Assembly: GCA_963789615.1 (NCBI GenBank)
Contig: CAWBLI010000005.1
Location: 1,454,309 to 1,518,308 of the forward strand
Direction of reading: 5' to 3'
Length of the DNA stretch: 64,000 bases
Source: an uncultured Actinomycetota bacterium
GTDB lineage: Bacteria > Actinomycetota > Actinomycetes > JAFAQI01
Shown here in pieces: positions 10,138-20,504 of the stretch (the stretch's first letter is position 1; every line of letters starts with the position of its first letter). A program made the translations under genes and the position numbers. Under the pieces are notes generated by a model. It did not search any database. It had not been told where the DNA came from and saw nothing but the letters and a program-made list of their open reading frames with translations.

Positions 10138-11403
10138 TCAGGGGTAGAGGCCTCGGGTGCGGTGCGCCTCGGCGACCCGGCCGACCCCGATCATCTGTGC
10201 CGCCGTACGCAGCGAGACGTCCTGCTCCTGAGCCAGGGCCGATACTTCGCCGTACGCCGACTCGAGAATCGAGGCGAGCCGGTCGTTCACCTCGGTCTCC
10301 GACCAGGCGTAGGCCTGCAGGTCCTGGACCCACTCGAAGTAGGAGACGGCGACGCCACCGGAGTTGGCGAGGATGTCCGGGACGATGATCGTGCCCTTGT
10401 CCTCGAGGACCTCGTCGGCGTCCGGCGTGGTGGGGCCGTTCGCGCCCTCGACGATGAACCTCGCCTTGATCCGGTCGGCGTTCCCGTCGTGGATGACGCT
10501 CTCCAGCGCGGCAGGCACCAGGACATCGACGTCGAGCTCGAGCAGCTCCTCGTTGGAGATGGCGTCCGTCCCGGGGTACCCGACGACCGACTCCATCCCG
10601 CCACCGCGCAGCGCGCGGAGCATCGCGGCGGGGTTCAGCCCCAGCGCGTTGTAGGCACCACCCTTGACGTCGGAGACCGCGACCACCTTGCAGCCGGCGT
10701 CGTGGAGGTACTGCGCGGCGAGGCCACCGACCTTGCCGAAGCCCTGGATCGCGACGGACGCGTCGCGAGGGTCGATGCCGGCCTCGCGCAGCGCGAGGAA
10801 TGCCGTGATCAGCACGCCGCGGCTGGTGGCGCCGCCACGCCCCTGGGAGCCGCCGATGCTCACCGGCTTGCCGGTGACGACACCGGTCACGGTGTAGCCG
10901 CGGTTCACCGAGTAGGTGTCCATGAACCACGCCATGGTCTGTTCGTCGGTGCCGACGTCAGGGGCCGGGATGTCCTTCTCCGGGCCGACGATCGGGCCGA
11001 TCTCGCTGGCGTAGCGACGGGTCACCCGTTCCAGCTCCGTCATGCTGTAGAGCCGGGGGTCGATCGTCACCCCGCCCTTCGCCCCGCCGTACGGGATCCC
11101 GATCAGTGCGCACTTCCAGGTCATCCACATCGCGAGGGCGCGCACCTCGTCGATGTCGGTCGACGGGTGGTAGCGGATGCCGCCCTTGGCCGGCCCCCGC
11201 GAGAGGTTGTGCTGCACCCGGTAGCCGCGGAGCACCTCGGTGCTGCCATCGTCCCGGCGGAGCGGGATCGAGACCGTCATCTCCCGACGGGGCGTGGCGA
11301 GCAGCTGGTGCATTCCGTCGTCGAGGCCGAGCTGCTTCACCGCCTCCGTCAGCTGGGCCTGTGCAGACTGCCACGCAGACTGGCGTGCCACCACCGTTAC
11401 CAC
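10138..11403 (-). CDS. gdhA: NAD(P)-dependent glutamate dehydrogenase
   Basis: KGGIRYHPSTDIDEVRALAMWMTWKCALIGIPYGGAKGG and the GFGKVG Rossmann motif. Start probably GTG (VVTVVARQ). Confidence 0.9.
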   Translation of the reverse strand: MVTVVARQSAWQSAQAQLTEAVKQLGLDDGMHQLLATPRREMTVSIPLRRDDGSTEVLRGYRVQHNLSRGPAKGGIRYHPSTDIDEVRALAMWMTWKCALIGIPYGGAKGGVTIDPRLYSMTELERVTRRYASEIGPIVGPEKDIPAPDVGTDEQTMAWFMDTYSVNRGYTVTGVVTGKPVSIGGSQGRGGATSRGVLITAFLALREAGIDPRDASVAIQGFGKVGGLAAQYLHDAGCKVVAVSDVKGGAYNALGLNPAAMLRALRGGGMESVVGYPGTDAISNEELLELDVDVLVPAALESVIHDGNADRIKARFIVEGANGPTTPDADEVLEDKGTIIVPDILANSGGVAVSYFEWVQDLQAYAWSETEVNDRLASILESAYGEVSALAQEQDVSLRTAAQMIGVGRVAEAHRTRGLYP

Positions 11404-11585
11404 TCCTCCGCCCCATGGGTCGCCGTTGACCGTAACTGGGGTTCGAGGCCCCATCCTGCCAGGGTTTGTGCAGGCTGCGCCGTCATGGGTGGCGGCGGAC
11501 CCTGCACAAACCGGGATTCAGGACTCCAACCGGATCCGATCCGCATGCGTCACAGTGAGTGCCGGGTATGGATGAGGAGCCGCTC

Positions 11586-12320
11586 ATGCGCATCGCTGCC
11601 GTCGCGGTGGCCTGTCTCGCCCTGGCAGGCACCGCCGTCCCGCAGCCGACAGCCGCCTCCGTCCCGCACGTCGCGAGATCGACGGATTCGCCGCGACATT
11701 GGACCTACCGCGCGGATGTGGACGGTGATGGGCATCCTGACCGCATCCGGATCACTGCGGGGTCCGACCTCAAGCCCGGTTCGTTGGGCTGGACCGGTCA
11801 TTACACAGTGAGCGTGCATCTCAGCTCGACGGGGAAAACCGTCACCCACCGACTGCACCTGGCTTACTACTTCTCGGCGTACCAACGCTTCACGCCCTGG
11901 TACGGCGCGGCACACCTCATCGGATGGCATCGGAAGCAACTCGTCCTCGGTCGTGAAAACGGCGCGCACACCGTCCTGTTCCATGTCCTGAGCCTGCGGC
12001 ACAACCGCCTGGTCAGCCTCCCCGCTCCGGCCGCGTCACGGAGCGGGTGGTTCATCAACGCGTCGTTCGGCACCGGGGAGCAGGGCTGGCGATGCGTGGC
12101 GCACGGCATCGAGTACCGCGACGTGCACCCGGTGAACGAGAAGATCACCCGCTTCCGAGTGACGCGCAGCAGCTTCGTCCGCCATGGGAGCGGTTGGAAG
12201 CGGATCCATCACTTCAGCGCCGTCGCCCCCGCGGGCAGCGGACATCAGCCGCCTCGTCGCACCCAGCGGTACGCGTCGTTCGCGTGCGCTGGCCTCCCGA
12301 GCAACCCGCGCAACTTCTGA
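11586..12320 (+). CDS. hypothetical secreted protein
   Basis: Signal peptide MRIAAVAVACLALAGTAVP. DVDGDGHPDRIRI calcium-binding-like motif. No confident family assignment. Confidence 0.45.
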   Translation: MRIAAVAVACLALAGTAVPQPTAASVPHVARSTDSPRHWTYRADVDGDGHPDRIRITAGSDLKPGSLGWTGHYTVSVHLSSTGKTVTHRLHLAYYFSAYQRFTPWYGAAHLIGWHRKQLVLGRENGAHTVLFHVLSLRHNRLVSLPAPAASRSGWFINASFGTGEQGWRCVAHGIEYRDVHPVNEKITRFRVTRSSFVRHGSGWKRIHHFSAVAPAGSGHQPPRRTQRYASFACAGLPSNPRNF

Positions 12321-12365
12321 CGGCGATCTGTGAACCGCCGCTGCTCGCCGGCGGGCAGTGGCAGT

Positions 12366-14165
12366 TCACAAAGCGGGGGTTACGACGGCCGCGGCGGGTT
12401 TTTGGCGACGAGCACGACGAATCGCCAGCAGCTGCTTCGGGCCGACGATGAAGGCCTCCGCCTCCAGCGCCGCGATCGCGATCCGTGGCAGCTCGCCAGC
12501 GCCGGGGTAGCAGATGAAGCGGGGCTCCCACACCGGCCGGAACTTCGCGTTGAAGCGGTACAGCGACTCGATCTGGAACCACCGCGACGCCCACAGCAGG
12601 ATGGCCCGCCAGGCCCGCAGGACCGGCCCGGCGCCGAGCCGGTCACCGCGCTCGAGCGCCGAGCGGAAAACCGAGAAGTTCAACGACAGCCGGCAGATTC
12701 CGAGCTCTGGCGCGGCCTGGACCGCCGCCACGATCATGAGCTCGTTGAGACCGGGCTCGGCGGCACGGTCACGACGCATCAGATCCAGCGACAGCCCATC
12801 GCGACCCCAGGGCACGAAGTGCAGCAAGGCGGCGAGCCGGCCGTCGGAGTAGGCACAGACGCAGACGCAGTCGCTGTCGGCGGCGTCCCCGAAGCGGCCC
12901 AGCGCCATCGAGAAGCCGCGTTCGACCTCGGCGCCGCGCCAGGTGGCCGCCTGCCGGGTGAGGTCCGCGATCTCCGAGGTCGAGAGGTCGCCGACCCGGC
13001 GTACCGATGTGGTGTAGCCGGCCCGCTCCACCCGCGACACCATCTGCCGGACGTTGCGCATCGCCCGGCCCTCGAGGCTGAACTCATCGATGTCGAGCAC
13101 GGCCTCGTCGCCGAGCTCGAGCGCGCGCAACCCGGCTTCACGCACCCAGACCTCGCCGCCCTGCTCGCTGCAGCCCATCACCGCCGGCACCCATGCGTGG
13201 CGGCGCGCTTCCCGGGCGAACGCCGCGATGGCGCCGGGCCACGCCTCGGGGTCACCGATCGGGTCTCCGGAGGCGAGCATCACGCCGGACACGACGCGGT
13301 AGGACACCGCCGCCTTACCCGTGGCGGAGAAGATCGCCGCCTTGTCGCGCCGCAGCGCGAAGTATCCGAGCGAGTCACGCTCACCCTGCCCGTTCAGCAG
13401 CGCGCGTAGCCGTTCGTCGTCCCGGTCGGACAGTGCCGCCACCGGCTCGGGCGAGCGCAGGATCAGGTACGCCGTGACCAGCACGGTGACGGCGCCAAGC
13501 GCCAGCAGTACGGCGAAAACCAGGTCAGCGGTGCCGTCGTCGCGGAACCGGATCGGGCCACTCACCCCGACCAGTCCCGCACCGACCTCCTTGAGCCGGC
13601 CCCCGACGGACGGCGAGCCGATCACCGAGTCATGGCGGAACAGCAGGAGCAGATAGCCGAGCACGAACGACGCGGCGAGCATCGCCACGAACACCACGGG
13701 CGCGCGCCAGCGGGTGCGCGGGTCGCCCGCCGCGTAGAACTGATCGGACAACAGGATCAGCAGCACGGTCAGGACCAGGGTGACGGAGGCCTCCTCGACA
13801 TCGAGGCCCTTGATCACGTGCGACACCATCGTCAGGACGGTGAGGGCGAGGGCGCCCCGCCAGGCCCGGCGCTTACGGCGGCGCAGCCCCTGCCCGAGCA
13901 GCACCAGCAGGATCCCGGCCACCAGGGTGACGGCGCTTGCGCTCTGCGCCACCCCGAGTGGGACGACCTTGGTGAGGTCCCGAAGTCGGCCGGCGCGCTC
14001 CGGCGCCAGTGCTGTGATGATGTCGACGACGCCGAGCGCCACCGTGGCCACGGCGATGGCAGTCGGGACGCCGCGAAGCAACCGCACCCGCTCGGAGAGC
14101 GGCAGGCGCGCGCTGGCCGAGGTCTCGGGGTCGGTTCCCGGTCGAACGTGTCGGGTGCTTGTCAT
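12366..14165 (-). CDS. MprF-like phosphatidylglycerol lysyltransferase domain protein (DUF2156/LPG synthase C-terminal) with N-terminal polytopic membrane domain
   Basis: Multiple TM helices, then C-terminal ...LNELMIVAAVQAAPELGICRLSLNFSVFRSALE...FRPVWEPRFI, typical of the LPG_synthase_C domain. Start uncertain because the ORF abuts the tRNA. Confidence 0.7.
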   Translation of the reverse strand: MTSTRHVRPGTDPETSASARLPLSERVRLLRGVPTAIAVATVALGVVDIITALAPERAGRLRDLTKVVPLGVAQSASAVTLVAGILLVLLGQGLRRRKRRAWRGALALTVLTMVSHVIKGLDVEEASVTLVLTVLLILLSDQFYAAGDPRTRWRAPVVFVAMLAASFVLGYLLLLFRHDSVIGSPSVGGRLKEVGAGLVGVSGPIRFRDDGTADLVFAVLLALGAVTVLVTAYLILRSPEPVAALSDRDDERLRALLNGQGERDSLGYFALRRDKAAIFSATGKAAVSYRVVSGVMLASGDPIGDPEAWPGAIAAFAREARRHAWVPAVMGCSEQGGEVWVREAGLRALELGDEAVLDIDEFSLEGRAMRNVRQMVSRVERAGYTTSVRRVGDLSTSEIADLTRQAATWRGAEVERGFSMALGRFGDAADSDCVCVCAYSDGRLAALLHFVPWGRDGLSLDLMRRDRAAEPGLNELMIVAAVQAAPELGICRLSLNFSVFRSALERGDRLGAGPVLRAWRAILLWASRWFQIESLYRFNAKFRPVWEPRFICYPGAGELPRIAIAALEAEAFIVGPKQLLAIRRARRQKPAAAVVTPAL

Positions 14166-14167
14166 CT

Positions 14168-14239
14168 GAGCCCCGTGTCCGGATCGAACGGACGACCTGC
14201 CGCTTACAAGGCGGCTGCTCTACCACTGAGCCAACGGGG
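14168..14239 (-). tRNA. tRNA-Thr (anticodon TGT)
   Basis: Reverse complement GCCCCGTTGGCTCAGTGGTAGAGCAGCCGCCTTGTAAGCGGCAGGTCGTCCGTTCGATCCGGACACGGGGCT folds as a cloverleaf. Anticodon loop CTTGTAA. 7-bp acceptor stem, GTTCGATCC T-arm. Confidence 0.85.
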
Positions 14240-14265
14240 CGAGGCTGGTTCAGGGTAGTGCGGAG

Positions 14266-15054
14266 CTACTGCTCAGGGGGGCTGGCTGAGGTTCGCCCGA
14301 TCTCCCGGTCGGCGACCACCTCCGGAGCCTCGTCGGCGTCTTCGACCTCGTCGGGCACCAGGTACCGGTAGAACAGCGCGGCGAGCGCACCGCCGACGAG
14401 CGGCGCGACGATGAACACCCAGACCTGCCTGAGTGCGGTGCCCCCGACGATGAGCGCGGGTCCCAGGCTGCGCGCCGGGTTGACCGACATGCCGGTCAGC
14501 GCGATCCCGAGCAGGTGGACGGCCGTCAGTGCCACGCCGATGGCGAGCCCGGCCAGGCCGGGCGAGCCGAGCCGGCTGGTGGCGGCAAGCACCACGAGCA
14601 CGAAGATGAAGGTGAGCACGACCTCTGCGGCGAGCGCACCGCCGAGGTTGATGTGGACCAGCGACTTGCTGCCGTAGTCGTTGGTGCCGAGGCCGGTGAC
14701 GCTCCGGCTGTAGTGCGGGGTCCCGGAGAAGATGCCCCACAGCACCAGCGCGCCGAGGATCCCGCCGACGAACTGCGCGATCCAGTACCCCGCCGCCTCG
14801 TTGAGCGTCATCCGCCCCGAGGTGAGGAAGCCCAGCGTCACCGCGGGGTTGACGTGCGCCCCGGACACCGGCCCGATCGTGTAGGCCAGCGCCATCACCA
14901 CGAAGCCGAAGGCGGTCGCGGTCGCGAGGATCCCCGCCGACACGCTGCTGCCGGTCGCGCCGAACCCGAAGCTCAGCGTCGCTACGCCGACACCCACGAT
15001 GACGAGCAGCGCGGTGCCCACCATCTCGGTCACGACCTTGCGAGCGTCCATCAG
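14266..15054 (-). CDS. aqpZ: aquaporin Z (MIP family water channel)
   Basis: Two NPA boxes (HVNPAVT, SVNPARS) and six TM helices. Start at MDARKVVTEMVG. Confidence 0.9.
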   Translation of the reverse strand: MMDARKVVTEMVGTALLVIVGVGVATLSFGFGATGSSVSAGILATATAFGFVVMALAYTIGPVSGAHVNPAVTLGFLTSGRMTLNEAAGYWIAQFVGGILGALVLWGIFSGTPHYSRSVTGLGTNDYGSKSLVHINLGGALAAEVVLTFIFVLVVLAATSRLGSPGLAGLAIGVALTAVHLLGIALTGMSVNPARSLGPALIVGGTALRQVWVFIVAPLVGGALAALFYRYLVPDEVEDADEAPEVVADREIGRTSASPPEQ

Positions 15055-15127
15055 CTGCCTCCCACCGCCACGGAACGACCTTCCGGCGGTCACGGTCACA
15101 CCTCGCGGCCACAGCGGCCCTCACACT

Positions 15128-16725
15128 GTGGGGGTGGAATCCCGATCGGTCACGCGCCGCGAGGCACTCGGGATGCTCGTCGGCGCTGCTGCCGCCACCA
15201 CCCTGGCCGGATGCTCGTCGGGATCGTCCGCGACCCGGCTCGGCTCAGTCCACTGGCTCACCCGTCCGGTCCAGCGCACGCCCGGCGTCGCCGTCCGCCG
15301 CCGACTGGCGGAGCCTGGCCGGCCAGCTTCACGGCACGCTGGTCCGCCGAGGCCGGACCGGGTACGACGCAGCCCGGCTGCTGTTCAACCGCCGCTTCGA
15401 CGGCGAGCACCCGGCGGCCGTCGTACGGGTCGCGGACGCCGACGACGTGGCGACCGGGCTCGCCTTCGCCCACCGGTTCGCGCTGCCGCTGCACCTCCGC
15501 TCCGGCGGCCACTCCTACCTCGGCGCCTCGTCCGGACCCGGGCTGGTGCTGGACCTGCGGTCACTCAACGGCCTCCGAGTCGACGCCGCGGCCGGCACCG
15601 CGACGCTGGGCGCCGGGATCGCCCTGGTCGACGCGTACGACGGACTGGCGGCGCACGGTGCGGCGATCCCGGCCGGCTCGTGTCCCGACCGTCGGCCTGT
15701 CCGGCCTGACCCTGGGCGGCGGGATCGGTGTCGTCACCCGGCAGTACGGCCTGACCAGCGACCGGCTGGTCGGAGCCACCGTCGTGACCGCGACCGGCGA
15801 GACCATCACCGCCGACGCCGCGCACCACTCCGACCTGCTCTGGGCGTTGCGCGGCGGCGGGGGCAGCTTCGGCGTCGTCACGTCGTTGCGGCTGCAGACC
15901 CATCCGACGCCGTCGCTGGCCCACGCCTATCTGGTCTGGCCCTGGTCGGCGGCGGCCGAGGTGTTGGCCGCCTGGCAGCAGCAGGCGCCGCGGGCGCCGC
16001 GGGCGATGTGGTCGACCTGTCACCTGTTGGCGCCGGCGACCCGGCCGGCGCCGCCGACCGTCGTAGTCGCCGCGGTGTACGTCGGCAGCACGGCCGGGCT
16101 GAGCGAGCAGGTCGGGCGGCTGACCCAGGCGATCTCGACCCCGCCGACCACGAACTTCGTGGCGTCGGAGAGCTATCTCGACACCATGTTGCTGGAGGCC
16201 GGCTGCTCGAGCATCTCCGAGACGGCCTGCCACGTCGCCGCCGAGACACCGGGCGGGACGTTGCCGCGCGACGCGTTCGTCGCGGGGTCGGACTTCTTCA
16301 CCCGGCAGATCGGCACGGCCGGGATCGCGCGGCTGGTCCGCGCGGTCGAGACGCGGGCGGCAGACCGCCGGCTCGGTGCCGGCGGTGCGTCGTTCGACGC
16401 GCTCGGCGGGGCCGTCGACGACCTGGCTGCGGACGCATCGGCGTACGTGCATCGGGGTGCGTTGTTCGACGCGCAGTACACCGCGTCGTGGGCGGGGACG
16501 CCGGGCAACGGGCCGCTCCCGCGCAACCAGGCTTCACTGGCCTCGATTCGAGCAGCCGCAACGGATTTCGCGTCCGGCCAGTCGTATCAGAACTACCCTG
16601 ACGCCACCCTGCGCGATCCGCAGCAGGCGTACTACGGGGCCAACCTGAGCCGGCTGGTCGAGGTACGACGGACCTACGACCCCACGAGCGTTTTCACCCA
16701 GCCCCAGGGCGTCCCGCTGACCTGA
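15128..16725 (+). pseudogene. Tat-secreted FAD-linked oxidase (BBE/PCMH-type FAD-binding) with two homopolymer frameshifts
   Basis: Tat signal SRSVTRREALGMLVGAAAATTLAGCSS (frame 2). FAD domain ...VRVADADDVATGLAFAHRFALPLHLRSGGHSYLG (frame 0). BBE-like C-terminus ...GLSGLTLGGGIGVVTRQYGL...YQNYPD (frame 1). Junctions lie at about 15250-15300 and 15684, the latter an extra C in tgtcccgacc. Confidence 0.65.
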
Positions 16726-16734
16726 CCCTCCAAC

Positions 16735-16795
16735 TGTCAGGACAGCTGAGCGCCGACAAGGGCCAGGTCCACTGACACGTCGGTCAGCTGGCGCG
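16735..16795. repeat. TGTCAGGAC palindromic repeat, family X (copy 1)
   Basis: CTGTCAGGACAGCTGAGCGCCGACAAGGGCCAGGTCCACTGACACGTCGGTCAGCTGG. About 48/58 identical to the copy at 18042. Lies between convergent gene ends. Confidence 0.6.
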
Positions 16796-17201
16796 CTCGA
16801 AGACGACGACGGGGATGACCCGCGGCGCGGCCTGCTCCTCGTAGTCCGCGAAACCGGGCATCACCGCGACCTGGCGGTCCCAGATCCGCTGGCGTTCGTC
16901 ACCGGTGACTTCCCGTGCGACGACCGGGATCGTGTCGGTGCCGACCTCGACCGTCGTCTCGGGATTCGCCATCAGGTTGAGGTACCAGTCCGGGTGGGTC
17001 GGTGCACCGCCCTTGGAGGCGAATACGGCATACCCGCCGTCGACCGGAAGGTAGACGACGGGGTTGATCCGCTCGGCTCCGCTGGTGCGACCGCGGTGGT
17101 GGATCAGGATCATCGGAGCGCCCTCGAACTGGCCGCCGACGCGACCGTCGTTGGCGCGGAAGTCCTCGATGACCTGTCGGTTCCAGTCGTCTCGATCAGC
17201 C
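16784..17201 (-). CDS. deazaflavin-dependent nitroreductase family protein (DUF385)
   Basis: ...APMILIHHRGRTSGAERINPVVYL...VFASKGGAPTHPDWYLNLMANPETTVEVG is the F420-dependent DDN/PNPOx-like signature. Confidence 0.7.
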
Positions 17202-17240
17202 ACGTCGTCAGCGTATTGCGCGCCGTCTGAGTCTGCTCGC

Positions 17241-17993
17241 TCAGCCGGCCTCGGCGACCTCGCGCTCGCGGAGGTGGACGTCGAGCTTCCTCTTGATGCG
17301 CTGCAGTGCATTGTCGATCGACTTCACGTGCCGCTGCAGCATCTCGGCGATCTCCACGTAGCTCTTGCCGTCGACGTAGAGCCGGAGCACCTCGGCCTCG
17401 AGGTCCGAGAGCGCCTCGTCGACGTGCTCCTGCAGCGCCCGGATCCGCTCGGCCGAGATCACCAGCTCGCAGGGGTCGTCGACCTCGGGCAGCGCCAGGA
17501 CGTCGGCGAGCGTGCGGTCGCCGTCCTCGTCGGTCGCCAGCGGGCGCGAGAACGACACGTAGTTGTTGAGGGGGCCGTGCTTGTGGCGCGTCGCGGTCTT
17601 GATGGCCGTGATCATCTGGCGGGTCACGCACAGCTCGGCGAACGCCCGGAAGCTCGACTGCAGGTCGGGGTTGAAGTCGCGGACCGCCTTGTACAGCCCG
17701 ATCATCCCTTCCTGGATGATGTCCTCGCGGTCGCCGCCGACCAGGAAGTAGGACCTGGCCTTGGCGCGGGCGAAGCCGCGGTATTTCGTGAGCAGATCGG
17801 TCAGGGCCGTCTCGTCGCCGCTGCGCGCCGCGAGGACCAGGACGTCGTCCTCGTCGGTGACACGAAGCTCGGGTTCGGCCGCGACGTCGAGTCGAGCCCG
17901 GATCGACCGCGTCCTGTCTCGTCCTGCGTGTGCTCGCACGCTGCGCTCCGGAGTCTGGGGCAGTGCCCCGACCGGCTGACCAGGGCGTGTCAC
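17241..17993 (-). CDS. sigma-70 family sigma factor closely resembling Bacillus SigH (Spo0H)
   Basis: DREDIIQEGMIGLYKAVRDFNPDLQSSFRAFAELCVTRQMITAIKTATRHKHGPLNNYVSFS is nearly colinear with B. subtilis SigH region 2. Conserved Bacillus-like synteny downstream of cysS-rlmB. Confidence 0.8.
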   Translation of the reverse strand: MTRPGQPVGALPQTPERSVRAHAGRDRTRSIRARLDVAAEPELRVTDEDDVLVLAARSGDETALTDLLTKYRGFARAKARSYFLVGGDREDIIQEGMIGLYKAVRDFNPDLQSSFRAFAELCVTRQMITAIKTATRHKHGPLNNYVSFSRPLATDEDGDRTLADVLALPEVDDPCELVISAERIRALQEHVDEALSDLEAEVLRLYVDGKSYVEIAEMLQRHVKSIDNALQRIKRKLDVHLREREVAEAG

Positions 17994-18041
17994 CTGCTCA
18001 ACGAGCCACCACGCTGCGGGTTACGGCCGGTATCGGAAAAC

Positions 18042-18100
18042 CTGTCAGGACGGTCGAGCTCGCAGAAGGGCCGGAGCCACTGACAAGTCGGTCAGCGGGT
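18042..18100. repeat. family X palindromic repeat (copy 2)
   Basis: CTGTCAGGACGGTCGAGCTCGCAGAAGGGCCGGAGCCACTGACAAGTCGGTCAGCGGG. Lies 3' of rlmB and 5' of the sigma factor gene. Confidence 0.6.
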
Positions 18101-19117
18101 ACGACGGCGAGCGACCTCGGCCAGCACGATGCCGGCTGCCACCGAGGCGTTGAGGGACTCCACGTCCGAGACCAGCGGGATCCGGACGGTCAGGTCGCAG
18201 GTCTGCGATACCAGGCGCGAGAGCCCGCGGCCCTCGGCGCCGACCACGATCACGACCGGGCCGGAGGCGAGCTCCAGCGCGTCGAGATCGATCTCCCCCT
18301 TGCCGTCGAGGCCGGCCACCATCAGGCCAGCTTCGGCGTACGACGTGAGCGTGCGGACCAGGTTGGTGACCCGGGCGACCGGCAACCGCGCCAGCGTGCC
18401 GGCGCTGGCCTTCCAGGCGGCCGGGGTCACCCCGGCGGCGCGGCGCTCCGGCAGGAGCAGGCCGTGCGCCCCGAAGGCGGCGGCGGAGCGCGCCACGGCA
18501 CCGACGTTGTGCGGGTCGGTGACGCCGTCGAGCGCCACGATCAGCGCCGGCGTCGTCGACTCCAGCGCCCGGCGAAGCAGGTCGCCGGCGTCGGTGTAGT
18601 CGAACGGCTTGACGACGAGCGCGACCCCCTGGTGCTGCGGGCCGCCGGCGAGCCGGTCGAGCTCGGGCCGCTCCGCCGCGAGCACCGCGATGCCATGAGC
18701 CACCGCGATCCGACGAGCCTCGTCGATCCGGTCGTCACGCTCGACACCGTGAGCGACGTACAACGTGGTCGCCGGGATCGAGGCGCGCAGCGCCTCCACG
18801 ACCGCATTGCGGCCGGCGACCAGCCCGTCCGCCGGCACGCCCCGGCGCTGCCGCGGCGGCGGACCGCCCGATCGGCCACCACCCTGCGGCGCTGCGCCTC
18901 GTGACGAGGCCGCACCGCGCGACGCCGTGCCACGTGTCGCTGCGCCGCGTGAAGCCGTCGTACCGCGCGTCGCGGGCTTCGCCCGCCGGGCGGCCGGGTG
19001 GCCGGTGCGCTCGGTCGCCTTGGGCGTGGCCTTCCGGCCTTCGAGCTTCTTGCGACCGTGGCCGCCGGTGCCCTTGTGGGGGCCCTTCTTCGGCGCCATC
19101 AGCTGGGCACCCGCCAA
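18092..19117 (-). CDS. rlmB: 23S rRNA (guanosine-2'-O)-methyltransferase RlmB (SpoU/TrmH family) with basic Ala/Arg-rich N-terminal extension
   Basis: SpoU substrate-binding and methylase motifs ...[37 protein letters not shown]...[13 protein letters not shown]...[12 protein letters not shown]. Confidence 0.85.
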   Translation of the reverse strand: MAGAQLMAPKKGPHKGTGGHGRKKLEGRKATPKATERTGHPAARRAKPATRGTTASRGAATRGTASRGAASSRGAAPQGGGRSGGPPPRQRRGVPADGLVAGRNAVVEALRASIPATTLYVAHGVERDDRIDEARRIAVAHGIAVLAAERPELDRLAGGPQHQGVALVVKPFDYTDAGDLLRRALESTTPALIVALDGVTDPHNVGAVARSAAAFGAHGLLLPERRAAGVTPAAWKASAGTLARLPVARVTNLVRTLTSYAEAGLMVAGLDGKGEIDLDALELASGPVVIVVGAEGRGLSRLVSQTCDLTVRIPLVSDVESLNASVAAGIVLAEVARRRTR

Positions 19118-20476
19118 CGCGGCCCGTCAGGGGTGTCCTCGACGACGACGCCGGCGTCGGCGAGCGCGTCACGGATCCGGTCGCTCTCCGCGAAGTCCTT
19201 GCGCTCGCGGGCGGCCTGCCGGGTCGCGAGCAGCGCCGGGACCAGCGCGTCGACGACCGGCGCGAGGCCGTCGCCGGTCGCGGTCTCGAAGTCGCCCGGC
19301 CACAGCCCGAGGACCTTGGTCATCGCCGCGACGCTCGCCGAAGCGTCGGCCACGGCCGCGGTGTCACCGGAAGCGAGCGCGCTGTTTCCCCGGCGTACCT
19401 CCTCGTGCAGCACCCCGAGGGCGGCCGAGACGGCGAGGTCGTCGTCCATCGCGGCGGCGAAGGCAGCCGGTACGACGGCGTCGGCCGGCGGTTCCCCGGT
19501 CAGTTCGGCGGCGCGCTGCAGGAAGCCGGCGATCCGCTCGTACGCCGCGCCGGCCTCGATCACGCCCTCGGTCGACCACTCGCTCGCGCTCCGATAGTGC
19601 GCCGAGGTCAGCGCGTAGCGCAGCGCGGGGGCACCGTACTCGGCCAGCAGGTCCGGCACGAAGATCGAGTTGCCGGTCGACTTGCTCATCTTGGCGCCGT
19701 TGGTCGTGAGCGTCCCGCCGTGCAGCCAGAATCGCGCGAAGCCGTCACCGGCCGCGTTGGACTGGGCCAGCTCGTTCTCGTGGTGCGGGAAGAGCAGGTC
19801 GAGGCCGCCGCCGTGGATGTCGAACGTCGGGCCCAGGTAGCGGGTCGCCATCGCCGAGCACTCGAGGTGCCAGCCGGGCCGGCCCGGACCCCACGGGGTC
19901 TCCCAGGAGGGTTCGCCGGGCTTCGCTCCCTTCCACAGCGTGAAGTCCAGCGGGTCACGCTTGGCACCGGGATCCTCGGTCGACTGCATCGCGTCGGGAC
20001 GCTGGCCGGACAGCTCGCCGTACGCCGGCCACGACCGGACGTCGAAGTAGACGTCGCCACCCGCCGCGTAGGCGTGACCGCCGTCGATCAGCCGCTGCAT
20101 CAGCGTGATCATCTCGGTGACGTGGCCGGTCGCCCGGGGCTCGCCGGTCGGCGGGATGACGTTCAGCGAGCGGTAGGCCTCGTCGAACTGCCGCGTCACG
20201 CGGGTCGCGAGCGCCCACCACGGCTCACCGGCCGCCTCGGAGTTGCGGAGGATCTTGTCGTCGATGTCCGTGACGTTCTGGACCAGCTCGACGTCGTACC
20301 CCTTGGTCGTCAGCCAGCGGCGCAGCAGGTCGATGCCCACCGAGGTCCGCATGTGCCCGATGTGGGGTGCGGACTGCACGGTCGGCCCGCAGACGTAGAT
20401 CCCCACGACGCCATCGCGCAGCGGCGCGAAGTCACGGACCGCCCGGGTCCGGGTGTCGTAGAGGCGCAAGGACATG
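19099..20476 (-). CDS. cysS: cysteine--tRNA ligase
   Basis: [13 protein letters not shown] (HIGH motif), KMSKS, zinc-binding Cys residues. Start at [10 protein letters not shown]. Confidence 0.95.
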
Positions 20477-20504
20477 CCGGACAGCCTAGTGAGAACGGCC
20501 GGTC

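Noticed and set aside
9463-11811. 782-aa plus-strand ORF overlapping gdh
   Set aside because: Antisense shadow ORF of glutamate dehydrogenase. No recognisable domains, extreme Arg/Gly/Val bias.
14515-16725. 736-aa ORF on the plus strand spanning the aquaporin and FAD-oxidase region
   Set aside because: The first 600 nt are the antisense of aqpZ with Arg/Pro/Gly-rich translation typical of high-GC shadow ORFs. Only the last third is the genuine BBE-like C-terminus, accounted for as part of the frameshifted oxidase.
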